DNA from: Chloroflexota bacterium
GTDB lineage: Bacteria; Chloroflexota; Anaerolineae; UBA4142
DNA: 64,000 bases
Direction: 5' to 3'
Assembly: GCA_037440625.1 (NCBI GenBank)
Contig: JBBITT010000007.1
Coordinates: forward strand, 28,257 to 92,256
Shown: in pieces, positions 18,001 to 26,492 of the stretch
Position numbering within the stretch: position 1 is the stretch's first letter
How the letters are laid out: every line of letters begins with the position of its first letter
The notes under the pieces: generated by a model
What the model was told of the DNA's origin: nothing
The model's input: only the letters and a program-made list of their open reading frames with translations
Database searches by the model: none
Program-made: the position numbers and the translations under genes

Positions 18001-18216
18001 ATGAGCGACAAGCACATTGATTATACTCGATTGATGGCGACCGTAGGTCGCTATATCGCCAAAAAGAATCTCAGTGATGTCTGTGTGATGGAATTTGAAC
18101 ACGGCATCTTGATTGTAGGTTCAGCGCTCTACGATGCTGGCGAAGATATCCGACGTCGCACCGAGACGCACGTTCTCTCGCTCGATGAATTGGAACGAAT
18201 GGTCAAAGGAGGTTAA
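18001..18216 (+). CDS. small hypothetical protein (paralog A)
   Basis: 71 aa; RBS GAGGAGGA; shares Y-x2-[LI]-x2-VG-x-Y-[IV]-x3-NL-x-D-[VI]-x-[VI]-x-E-x3-G pattern with next ORF. Confidence 0.6.
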   Translation: MSDKHIDYTRLMATVGRYIAKKNLSDVCVMEFEHGILIVGSALYDAGEDIRRRTETHVLSLDELERMVKGG

Positions 18217-18217
18217 G

Positions 18218-18463
18218 ATGCGTCGGCCTAGACAGGGTAATCAATATTTGCGTTATTCGGAAATCTTGCGGGTGGTTGGTCAGTACGTCGAACGGGCAAA
18301 CCTGGGCGACATTCGGATTTTGGAAACGGACGAGGGATTGGTCTTGCAAGGTTTGGTGCTGCAGGGCGAACGCGCGGGTGAACGCGATACCTATCAATTA
18401 ACACCCGAAGATATTTTGGTGATGTTTAGCGACGCCCAAGCGATGCGCGCAACGAAAATTTAA
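18218..18463 (+). CDS. small hypothetical protein (paralog B)
   Basis: ORF track starts 18134; ATG 18218 follows GGAGG and lies 1 nt after stop of paralog A; MRRPRQGNQYLRYSEILRVVGQYVERANLGDIRILETDEGLVLQG aligns with paralog A. Confidence 0.6.
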   Translation: MRRPRQGNQYLRYSEILRVVGQYVERANLGDIRILETDEGLVLQGLVLQGERAGERDTYQLTPEDILVMFSDAQAMRATKI

Positions 18464-18475
18464 TTTGAGGTAGGG

Positions 18476-19483
18476 ATGCAGAATCTTTTGATTACCGGGG
18501 GCGCCGGGTTCATCGGCTCGAACTTTGTGCGTTATCTGCTCCAAAAATATCCGGCGTATCGCGTGGTCGTGTTGGACAAACTGACGTACGCCGGCAACCT
18601 GGATAACCTGCGCGATGTGGAAAAGAATCCGCGTTATGCGTTTGTGCGCGGCGATATTTGCGATCCCGCCATCGTGGAGCAGACGATTACGGCGCACCGG
18701 ATTGATACCCTTGTCAACTTTGCCGCCGAGACGCACGTAGATCGCTCGATTAGGGATGCGGACGCGTTCATCAAGACCGATGTGTATGGGACGTACGTTT
18801 TGCTAGAAGCGGCGAAGAAATTTGGCTTACGCTATCATCAAGTTGGCACGGATGAAGTGTATGGTTGGGTAGCACAAGGGGCATCAACCGAAGACGATCG
18901 CTTGATCCCGCGTTCACCCTACGCCGCGTCCAAAGCGGGCGCGGACCTGATGATTCACGCGTACTATATCACTCATAGTGTTGGTGCAACGATCACGCGC
19001 GGTGCAAACAATATCGGGCCGTACCAATATCCGGAAAAAGCGGTACCCTTGTTCATAACCAATGCGATTGATAATCTGCCTTTGCCGCTCTACGGCGATG
19101 GCAAACAGGTGCGCGATTATCAATACGTTCTCGATCACTGCGAAGCAATTGATATCGTCTTGCATCACGGCAAGATCGGCGAGGTGTACAATGTGGGGAC
19201 CGGCCAAGAGACCGAAAACATTGTGATGGCAAAGCTGGTGCTCAAACTGTTGGGTAAACCGGAATCACTGATTCAGCATGTGCCGGACCGCCCGGGACAC
19301 GACCGCCGTTATGCGTTGGACATTACCAAGTTGCGCAGGCTGGGCTGGGAACCAAGTCACACCTTTGAGGAAGCGTTAACCAAGACGGTCAAGTGGTACG
19401 TGGAAAACGAGTGGTGGTGGCGTAAGTTGAAAAGCGGCGAGTATATGGAATATTACAAAAAGCAATATGTAGAGAGAAAATAG
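18476..19483 (+). CDS. rfbB: dTDP-glucose 4,6-dehydratase
   Basis: 335 aa; GGAGFIGSN, YAASKAGAD (YxxxK), HVPDRPGHDRRYALD - canonical RmlB motifs. Confidence 0.92.
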   Translation: MQNLLITGGAGFIGSNFVRYLLQKYPAYRVVVLDKLTYAGNLDNLRDVEKNPRYAFVRGDICDPAIVEQTITAHRIDTLVNFAAETHVDRSIRDADAFIKTDVYGTYVLLEAAKKFGLRYHQVGTDEVYGWVAQGASTEDDRLIPRSPYAASKAGADLMIHAYYITHSVGATITRGANNIGPYQYPEKAVPLFITNAIDNLPLPLYGDGKQVRDYQYVLDHCEAIDIVLHHGKIGEVYNVGTGQETENIVMAKLVLKLLGKPESLIQHVPDRPGHDRRYALDITKLRRLGWEPSHTFEEALTKTVKWYVENEWWWRKLKSGEYMEYYKKQYVERK

Positions 19484-19567
19484 ACAGAGAACAGAGATTG
19501 ATAATTCCCTCTACGCTCTCCAATTATGTTACACCGAGTTGATCAACAGACTGTTGCGCCTGATTTA

Positions 19568-19595
19568 GCCGCCGAATAAAATTCGGCGGCGTTTT
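19568..19595 (+). terminator. rho-independent terminator after rfbB
   Basis: GCCGCCGAAT-AAA-ATTCGGCGGC followed by GTTTT. Confidence 0.8.
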
Positions 19596-19625
19596 GTGAC
19601 GCAAACCACTGTAGCAAAAACATGG

Positions 19626-19739
19626 TTATTTCTTGACAAGCACGGGATTCGGGTTGGGCTTGGGATTGCTGGGACGGGTTCTGCCGTGGGTCCCTCGCCA
19701 AATCTTACCGCGCTTGGTTCGACGATCACCTTTGCCCAT
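19626..19739 (-). CDS. 30S ribosomal protein bTHX (Thx)
   Basis: Below ORF-track size cutoff. Reverse strand: GAAAGGAGGGTTGACAA-ATG, then [41 protein letters not shown]-terminal 20 aa nearly identical to my memory of Thermus Thx ([19 protein letters not shown]). Confidence 0.85.
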   Translation of the reverse strand: MGKGDRRTKRGKIWRGTHGRTRPSNPKPNPNPVLVKK

Positions 19740-19772
19740 TTGTCAACCCTCCTTTCGCGATCCAGAATGATT

Positions 19773-20246
19773 TCATGGTTGACCTTGCACTTCACGCATG
19801 TGAAATAATTGATGACCGTAGATGGCGTTCACCATTGTTTCGAGTGAAACGATTCCCAGCGCCGGATGGCGTCCTTCATAATCAAGGCGTGTGTCATCAA
19901 GCGTGGCAACCCAGTCGAGCGTTTCTTGGCGCGCAATGTCCAACATTGCTAGCAAACGCGCTGGCGGATAATCGCGCAGGCGTTCTTGTTCTTGCGCATT
20001 GAACGCATCCAAATCAAAGTCTTCGGGCAACCCTTCCCCGCCCGCGGCAACATTCTGCGCCAATTCTAACAAGTGTTCTTCGGCGGAGACAAAATGTGCC
20101 AACAAGTTGCGCCACGTCCATTTTTCCGGTTCGTCAATAATCACTTGTTCCCATTGTTCGGCGGTCAACTTGCCAAAGATTTCGTTGGTTTTCTGGGCAC
20201 CCTTCTCCAGCCGGCGGATGAGGGCTTGGACTCGCGGCGATAGCAT
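19773..20246 (-). CDS. DinB-family (DinB_2-like) four-helix metalloprotein
   Basis: 157 aa; WTWRNLLAHFVSAEEH and IYGHQLFHMREV His motifs typical of DinB superfamily. Confidence 0.7.
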   Translation of the reverse strand: MLSPRVQALIRRLEKGAQKTNEIFGKLTAEQWEQVIIDEPEKWTWRNLLAHFVSAEEHLLELAQNVAAGGEGLPEDFDLDAFNAQEQERLRDYPPARLLAMLDIARQETLDWVATLDDTRLDYEGRHPALGIVSLETMVNAIYGHQLFHMREVQGQP

Positions 20247-20256
20247 AGCGGACTCC

Positions 20257-20964
20257 TTATTGGCTCAACACTGATTGCTGAATCTTGAACAATTCCGTAA
20301 TCCCACCGCGCGCCAGATCGAGCAAGTGATTCATCGCCTCGCGCGAGAACGGCGCGCCTTCCGCCGTCCCTTGCACTTCGACGAACTTGCCTTCGCCGGT
20401 CATCACGACGTTGAAATCCACTTCGGCGCGTGCGTCTTCCTCGTAACACAAATCCAACCTCGCTTCACCGCCGACGATGCCCACACTGACCGCCGCCACT
20501 TGAGTGCGGAGCGCGCGCGGCGATGCGGTTTTCTCGGCGATCATTTTTCGCAACGCGAGTGCGACGGCCACGTACGCGCCGGTGATCGCCGCGGTGCGCG
20601 TGCCGCCATCCGCTTGAATCACATCGCAATCTACGATGAGGGTGTTTTCACCGATTAAACGCAAATCCACCGCCGCGCGCAACGCCCGACCGATGAGGCG
20701 TTTGATTTCTTGCGAACGCGCGCTGGGAATTGTCTCGCGCGGGGTGCGCGTATGGGTGGCACGCGGGAGCATAGCATATTCGGCGGTGAGCCAGCCCTGG
20801 TTCTGTCCTTCGAGCCATTTGGGAATGCCGGGTTGGACCGTTACCGCGCACAAGACGCGCGTCTTGCCAGCTTGGATCAGCACACTGCCTTCGGCATAAT
20901 CGAGATAGCCCGGCGTGATGGTGATCGGACGCAATTGATGATTGAGACGCTGGTCGGGTCGCAT
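20257..20964 (-). CDS. rph: ribonuclease PH
   Basis: ORF track starts at TTG 20991; ATG 20964 gives MRPDQRLNHQLRPITITPGYLDYAEGSVLIQAGKTRVLC, matching the usual Rph N-terminus; ADGGTRTAAITGA motif. Confidence 0.92.
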   Translation of the reverse strand: MRPDQRLNHQLRPITITPGYLDYAEGSVLIQAGKTRVLCAVTVQPGIPKWLEGQNQGWLTAEYAMLPRATHTRTPRETIPSARSQEIKRLIGRALRAAVDLRLIGENTLIVDCDVIQADGGTRTAAITGAYVAVALALRKMIAEKTASPRALRTQVAAVSVGIVGGEARLDLCYEEDARAEVDFNVVMTGEGKFVEVQGTAEGAPFSREAMNHLLDLARGGITELFKIQQSVLSQ

Positions 20965-21019
20965 AAGTGTAATCAATCGAGACTTGCTCAATTGCCGGGC
21001 AAGTCTCGATCATCTTTGA

Positions 21020-22195
21020 TTATTTGTCGTTGAGAGCGGCAACGCCTGGCAACACTTTGCCTTCGAGGAATTCAAGCGAGGCACCGCCGCCAGTCGAAAC
21101 GTGCGTCATTTGTTTGGCGACGCCGGCTTTTTTCACCGCGCTTGCGCTGTCACCACCGCCGATGACGGTCGTGGCGCCGCTCGTCGCCAAAAGTTTTGCA
21201 ATCGCAAACGTGCCCTCGGCGAACTTGGGCATTTCAAACACACCCATCGGTCCATTCCACACGACGAGTTTTGCGCCTTTGAGTGCACCGCTGAATAGGG
21301 CGACGGATTTGGGTCCAATGTCCATCACACGCCAACCCGGCGGCACCTTGTCCACGTCAACGATTTGCGTGTTGGCTTCGGCGTCAAATTGATCAGCAAT
21401 CACAGCATCTACCGGCAAGAGTAACTTGTTCCCGGCTTTGGCGATGATCTGCTTCGCCGTCTCCATTGAACCCGGCTCAACCAAACTATCTTGCATCGCA
21501 TATCCTTGGGCGGCAAGGAAGGTGTTTGCCATCCCCCCGCCGATGATCAACTTGTCGCATTTGGTCAACAAGTTTTCGATGACGGCGATCTTGTCGCTGA
21601 TTTTTGCGCCGCCCAGAATCGCGATGTAGGGTCGTTCCGGGTTCAACGTGGCGCGCCCCAGATATTCCAACTCTTGTTCCATCAAAAAGCCGGAAACCGC
21701 CGGCAAGAATTTTGCCACCCCTTCCGTGCTTGCGTGCGCGCGATGCGCCGAACCAAAGGCATCGTTGACGTACACGTCGCCCAGCGCGGCAAGTTGCTTG
21801 GCGAACCCGGGATCGTTCTTTTCTTCTTCTTTGTGGAAGCGAACATTTTCGAGCATCAGCACTTGGCCGGGTTGCAATGCTTGTGCCATTGCTTCAACTT
21901 CGGGACCGATGCAATCAGGTGCCATCTTGACCGGCTTGTTCAGCAGTTTGCTCAACACCTCGGACGCCGGTTTCAAACTAAATTCGGCGTCAAAGCCGGT
22001 GCCTTTTGGGCGACCCAGATGGCTCATCAAGATGAGCGACGCACCTTGATCGAGAACGTACTGAATGGTGGGGAGTGAAGCGCGGATGCGTTTGTCGTCG
22101 GTAACGATGCCCTTGTCCATCGGCACGTTGAAATCTACGCGCATCAAAACCCGTTTGCCTTTGAGATCAATATCGCGGACAGTTTTCTTGTTCAT
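21020..22195 (-). CDS. pgk: phosphoglycerate kinase
   Basis: ATG 22195 preceded by GGAGG (track start 22210 overlaps the RBS); [21 protein letters not shown] motifs. Confidence 0.95.
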   Translation of the reverse strand: MNKKTVRDIDLKGKRVLMRVDFNVPMDKGIVTDDKRIRASLPTIQYVLDQGASLILMSHLGRPKGTGFDAEFSLKPASEVLSKLLNKPVKMAPDCIGPEVEAMAQALQPGQVLMLENVRFHKEEEKNDPGFAKQLAALGDVYVNDAFGSAHRAHASTEGVAKFLPAVSGFLMEQELEYLGRATLNPERPYIAILGGAKISDKIAVIENLLTKCDKLIIGGGMANTFLAAQGYAMQDSLVEPGSMETAKQIIAKAGNKLLLPVDAVIADQFDAEANTQIVDVDKVPPGWRVMDIGPKSVALFSGALKGAKLVVWNGPMGVFEMPKFAEGTFAIAKLLATSGATTVIGGGDSASAVKKAGVAKQMTHVSTGGGASLEFLEGKVLPGVAALNDK

Positions 22196-22211
22196 GGCGA
22201 CCTCCGACAAG

Positions 22212-22267
22212 GGACGAAGGACGAAGGACGAACCTATTACCTCCGTCCTTCGTCTTTGGTCTTTCGT
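22212..22267. repeat. heptanucleotide inverted array between gap and pgk
   Basis: ggacgaa x3, then cctccgt|ccttcgt|ctttggt|ctttcgt (complement of the first arm). Confidence 0.75.
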
Positions 22268-22273
22268 CTGGAT

Positions 22274-23329
22274 TTATAACTTGCTCGCTATCAAATTTGC
22301 GAGGTCAGCCGTGCGAACACTATAGCCCCATTCGTTATCGTACCACGCCACCACTTTGACGAAATCACTCTTGTCCTTGCCCAGTACGGAGGTGAATTGC
22401 AAATCCACCGACGACGAATGCGCATCGCCTTTATAGTCAATGCTGACAAGTGGTTCGTCCACCGCGGCGAGAATGCCTTGGAGCGGACCGGCGGCGGCAT
22501 CGCGGAAGGCTTGGCGCAGTTCTTCGGTCGTACAAGGAATCTCGACTTGGGCGGTAAAGTCCACCACCGATACGGTCGAGGTTGGCACGCGCAGTGCGTA
22601 CCCATCGAATTTGCCTTTGAGGTCGGGGATGACGAGCGCGACGGCTTTGGCGGCGCCGGTTGTGGTGGGAATGATGCTCATTGCGGCGGCACGTGCACGG
22701 CGCAAATCGCTATGCGGCAAATCGAGAATCTTTTGATCGTTGGTGTAGGCGTGAATGGTCGTCATCAAGCCGCGCACGATTTTGAATTTATCGTGGACGA
22801 CTTTGGCGGCAGGCGCGAGACAGTTGGTGGTACACGAGGCGTTGGAGACGACGTGATGTTTCGCCGGATTGTACATTGCGTCGTTCACCCCCAAGACGAT
22901 AGTCAGGTCTTCGCCTTCGGCTGGGGCGGAGATGATGACTTTTTTTGCACCGCCTTTGGTGATGTGATTTGCCGCACCCTTGACCACTTTGCCTTTTTTG
23001 TTCACGCCATCTTCCTTGATTGTGAACAAGCCGGTGCTTTCGATCACGATGTCAATCCCCAGCGAGCCCCACGGAATCTTGTCCGGCTCGGTTTCTTTGA
23101 ACACTTTGATGGGTTTGCCATCCACGATCAATTCATCGGTCCCGACTTGAACCGTACCATCGAACCGACCATAGTTCGAATCGTACTTGAGCAAATGTGC
23201 CATCGTGGGCAGGTCGCCGATATCGTTGAACGCGACGACTTGAAGCGTGTTGGGGTAATAGTCTCGAATCGCCTTGAAGACTTGGCGTCCAATGCGACCA
23301 AAACCGTTGATGCCTACTTTGACTGTCAT
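22274..23329 (-). CDS. gap: type I glyceraldehyde-3-phosphate dehydrogenase
   Basis: ATG 23329 preceded by GGAGGAAACC; [27 protein letters not shown] active site. Confidence 0.95.
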   Translation of the reverse strand: MTVKVGINGFGRIGRQVFKAIRDYYPNTLQVVAFNDIGDLPTMAHLLKYDSNYGRFDGTVQVGTDELIVDGKPIKVFKETEPDKIPWGSLGIDIVIESTGLFTIKEDGVNKKGKVVKGAANHITKGGAKKVIISAPAEGEDLTIVLGVNDAMYNPAKHHVVSNASCTTNCLAPAAKVVHDKFKIVRGLMTTIHAYTNDQKILDLPHSDLRRARAAAMSIIPTTTGAAKAVALVIPDLKGKFDGYALRVPTSTVSVVDFTAQVEIPCTTEELRQAFRDAAAGPLQGILAAVDEPLVSIDYKGDAHSSSVDLQFTSVLGKDKSDFVKVVAWYDNEWGYSVRTADLANLIASKL

Positions 23330-23381
23330 GGTTTCCTCCTGCGAGATATTTCTACTCACGCATCAGCAATGCGGATGCGGG

Positions 23382-24671
23382 TCATTTGCGACTTTGTGAA
23401 TTATACCACTTGATTACCATCTTGGCTAATTTGCTCGGATCGTGTCGCCACGGCAGGGCTTGATCCACCAAATCCCTCAAGACGATTTCAAAAGCGGGCA
23501 GAGCATCGGCACGCGGGTGAACCATCTGGCTTTCAGTCTGTTCAGGAAATCGGACTTTGAAATTATTATTTGCCAATACCGCTTGAAAGATGCCTTTGCC
23601 CACATGTTGTTCGAGTGCTTCAAAATGATCTTCCACCGTGAAATCGTTGGTTTCGCCGGGTTGCGTGGCAACATTGCAGATGTAAATCTTTTTGGCTGGC
23701 GTAACCTCTAACGCACGTTTGATTTCTTCGACGATAAGGTTGGGTAGGACGCTGGTGTATAAACTGCCGGGTCCCGCGATAATCAGATCGGCTTCCAAGA
23801 TGGCGCGGACGGCGCCGGGATAGGCGGGCGCATGTTCTGGTTCAAGGTAGACGCGCTCAATCGGCTTGCCGCGATGAGTAATTGCCGATTCGCCGGCAAC
23901 GCGCGTCAATTCGGGGTTGCGCGTTTCGGCGCAGAGAGTTACGTTGTGCAAGGTGGAGGGCAAAATTTGTCCACGCACGGCGAGCACGCGGCTTGATTCT
24001 TGCAAGGCGCGTTCAAAGTCGCCGGTGATGCCTGCCATGGCGGCGATGAACAAGTTGCCAAACGAGTGTCCTTCCAAACCGGTGCCGGCGCCAAACCGAT
24101 ATTGTAACAGCGATGACATCAAGGGTTCGGCGTCGGCGAGCGCGGCGATGCATTGCCGGAAATCGCCGGGAGGGAGGACGCCTAATTCACGCCGCAATTT
24201 GCCGGAACTGCCGCCATCATCGGCAACGGTAACAATCGCTGTGATGTGATCGCTATATTCTTTCAAGCCGCGCAACAACGTGGACAGGCCGGTGCCGCCG
24301 CCAATCGCCACGATTTTGGGTCCGCGTTGGCGCGCGCGTTTGCGATACAACGTTTCGGCAATGTCCGTACCTTGCGTCAAAAACGGTGCGAGTAGAGATG
24401 AACTCAGTTTGGAAATGGCAATCACAATGATCGCACTCCCCAGCAGACCTAGCACAATGCCCCGGGTCAAGTGGTCAACAAATTGCAAGGTGAGATAATA
24501 AAAAATGTCCGGCAAAGGGACTTGGCGATAGATGGTCACCAGGATGAATGCCAAGCCCAACGCCAGCATCGTCATTCCCACGATCAGCAAGAGGAGCCAG
24601 CGCTTGACACCTAGACCAATATAGAGCCATTTCCACGGCGAACGATTCAAGAGACGAGATAGAAAATTCAT
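23382..24671 (-). CDS. YvcK/CofD-like (UPF0052) gluconeogenesis-factor family protein with N-terminal membrane segments
   Basis: ORF track starts 24770; ATG 24671 gives MNFLSRLL...GVKRWLLLLIVG TM region; GPKIVAIGGGTGLSTLLRGLK and GPGSLYTSVLPNL motifs. Confidence 0.85.
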   Translation of the reverse strand: MNFLSRLLNRSPWKWLYIGLGVKRWLLLLIVGMTMLALGLAFILVTIYRQVPLPDIFYYLTLQFVDHLTRGIVLGLLGSAIIVIAISKLSSSLLAPFLTQGTDIAETLYRKRARQRGPKIVAIGGGTGLSTLLRGLKEYSDHITAIVTVADDGGSSGKLRRELGVLPPGDFRQCIAALADAEPLMSSLLQYRFGAGTGLEGHSFGNLFIAAMAGITGDFERALQESSRVLAVRGQILPSTLHNVTLCAETRNPELTRVAGESAITHRGKPIERVYLEPEHAPAYPGAVRAILEADLIIAGPGSLYTSVLPNLIVEEIKRALEVTPAKKIYICNVATQPGETNDFTVEDHFEALEQHVGKGIFQAVLANNNFKVRFPEQTESQMVHPRADALPAFEIVLRDLVDQALPWRHDPSKLAKMVIKWYNSQSRK

Positions 24672-24675
24672 TGAT

Positions 24676-24828
24676 CTATTGTTGGGGCTTGTCTTCTTTG
24701 AAGGCGTTTCGAAATTCGCGGATGGCTTGTCCAATCGAACGTGCCACTTCGGGCAGGCGATTGGCGCCAAAGATCAGAATGGCAACGATGGCGATGAGCA
24801 ATAGATCGAGTGGTTCGGGTCGAAACAT
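24676..24828 (-). CDS. tatA: twin-arginine translocase subunit TatA/E
   Basis: ATG 24828 preceded by GGAGGAAAAA; MFRPEPLDLLLIAIVAILIFGANRLPEVARSIGQAIREFRNAFKE is canonical TatA. Confidence 0.9.
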   Translation of the reverse strand: MFRPEPLDLLLIAIVAILIFGANRLPEVARSIGQAIREFRNAFKEDKPQQ

Positions 24829-24899
24829 TTTTTCCTCCGGCGATGCCTCACGCATCGCCAGTTTCATTCTATCGCTATCTAGGGTGTGTGTCAAAAGTG

Positions 24900-24928
24900 T
24901 TGCGGTGAGACACATCTTCGATTATAAT
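24900..24928 (+). promoter_or_regulatory. sigma70-like promoter of the antiporter gene
   Basis: TTGCGG (24900-05) - 17 nt - TATAAT (24923-28); ATG at 24936. Confidence 0.5.
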
Positions 24929-24935
24929 CCAAGAG

Positions 24936-26120
24936 ATGACGCTCACACTTCAACTTCTCTTGTTGCTCGGGATCATTATCTTTGCAGCCAAAGCCGGTGG
25001 CTTGATCAGTACACGCCTGGGTCAGCCCGCCGTGCTGGGTGAATTGTTGATGGGGCTGGTCTTGGGTCCCACGCTTTTAGATTTGCTCGGTCAGCCGATT
25101 TTCGCCGGTAATCACGTTAGCGAGATTGTCCTAGAGTTTGGCGAACTGGGTGTCATCTTTTTGATGTTCATGGCTGGACTAGAGGTAGACCTCGATGAAA
25201 TGCTCAAATCCGGGCGCGTGGCAATCTTGGCGGGCGTGCTGGGTGTGTTGGTGCCCCTCGTGTTGGGGGCGGGCGTGGCGGTGGCTTTTGGTTTTTCCTA
25301 TCTCAATAGTTATTTCATCGGTTTGATTCTTACCGCAACCAGTGTAAGTATTTCCGCACAGACCTTGCTTGAACTAGGACATTTACGGAGCAAAGAAGGG
25401 CTGGCGTTGCTCGGCGCCGCAGTAGTGGACGATGTCTTGGTCATCTTGGTACTTTCGATCTCGCTGGCACTCACCGGCGCCGGCGGCGCAGACCCCAACG
25501 TTGGTTGGGTAGTCGTGCGAATGATGGTGTTCATCGTGCTGGCGGTGATCATTGGCACCCAACTGTTACCGCGTCTCGCCATATGGGTCGAAGGCTTGCC
25601 GGTCAGCGAGGGGGTGATGGCGTTTGGTGTTATCACCATCCTGTTGTACGCTTGGTCAGCCGAAGTGCTAGGGCAGGTGGCGGCGATCACTGGCGCGTTC
25701 CTGGCTGGATTATTTTTTGCGCGGACCTCGGTGCGCCGCACGATTGAAGAGGGAATGCACACGCTGACGTATGCCTTTTTTGTACCCTTGTTCTTGATTG
25801 GCATTGGTCTCAAAGCGAATGCGCGCACCTTTGACCCCGCCGATATTTGGTTTGCCGTCGCCATTATCGCTGTCGCGATTGCCGGTAAAGTGATTGGCTG
25901 TGGCATTGGGGCGCGCTTAGGGGGCTATACGTTTCACGAGTCTGTGCGCGTTGGCGTGGGAATGATTTCGCGCGGCGAGGTGGGCTTGATTGTGGCGGCA
26001 CTTGCACTTGGCACCGGCTTTATTTCGCAGGCGGTGTATTCAATGATGGTCGTGATGGTCTTGGCGACGACGCTCGTTACCCCGATTCTGTTACGGCGCG
26101 TATTTCCACGTGAGAGGTAA
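24936..26120 (+). CDS. cation:proton antiporter (CPA2-like Na+/K+:H+ exchanger)
   Basis: 394 aa, about 11 hydrophobic helices; LGQPAVLGELLMGLVLGP and FLMFMAGLEVD motifs of Na_H_Exchanger family. Confidence 0.85.
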   Translation: MTLTLQLLLLLGIIIFAAKAGGLISTRLGQPAVLGELLMGLVLGPTLLDLLGQPIFAGNHVSEIVLEFGELGVIFLMFMAGLEVDLDEMLKSGRVAILAGVLGVLVPLVLGAGVAVAFGFSYLNSYFIGLILTATSVSISAQTLLELGHLRSKEGLALLGAAVVDDVLVILVLSISLALTGAGGADPNVGWVVVRMMVFIVLAVIIGTQLLPRLAIWVEGLPVSEGVMAFGVITILLYAWSAEVLGQVAAITGAFLAGLFFARTSVRRTIEEGMHTLTYAFFVPLFLIGIGLKANARTFDPADIWFAVAIIAVAIAGKVIGCGIGARLGGYTFHESVRVGVGMISRGEVGLIVAALALGTGFISQAVYSMMVVMVLATTLVTPILLRRVFPRER

Positions 26121-26123
26121 ACG

Positions 26124-26492
26124 ATGGCTCATATGCTTGTGTTGGTTCTGGATCAAATTGAAAAATTCCCAGAGATTGTTCGGGCGTGGGAAGAGGTGGG
26201 TGTGCCAGGCGTTACAGTCTTGGAAAGCGCTGGCAGTCGCAAGTTGCTCGATCGCGCGAGCCGGGATGATGTGCCGTTGATTCCTTCACTCCGCTCACTG
26301 CTGGAAGGTGAGGAATCCCATAATCGGACCATGTTCACCGTTTTGGAGGACGAGGCGGTGTTGGAGCGCGCGATTGAGGCGGCGCGCAAGATTATTGGTG
26401 ATTTCAATGTGCCGCACACGGGGATTCTGTTTGTGGTGCCGGTCACACGATCGTTTGGCGTCCCCAAAACCAAGCGCAAAAAAGCCCACTAA
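26124..26492 (+). CDS. hypothetical small soluble protein following the antiporter (P-II-like fold is only a guess)
   Basis: 122 aa; starts 3 nt after antiporter stop; alternating beta/alpha pattern MLVLVLDQIEKFPEIVRAWEEVGVPGVTVLES; no family recognised. Confidence 0.55.
   Translation: MAHMLVLVLDQIEKFPEIVRAWEEVGVPGVTVLESAGSRKLLDRASRDDVPLIPSLRSLLEGEESHNRTMFTVLEDEAVLERAIEAARKIIGDFNVPHTGILFVVPVTRSFGVPKTKRKKAH

Noticed and set aside
19565-19808. Track ORFs of 76 aa (minus) and 70 aa (plus) in the rfbB-DinB gap
   Set aside because: The region is better explained by the 37-codon bTHX gene with a strong RBS. The longer ORFs are in other frames or extensions with no support.
22397-23413. 338-aa plus-strand ORF
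   Set aside because: Antisense to gap.
26489-26492. Convergent genes whose stop codons overlap (CTAA)
   Set aside because: This is real in the sequence, but it looks like simple tight packing. I see no functional implication I can support.
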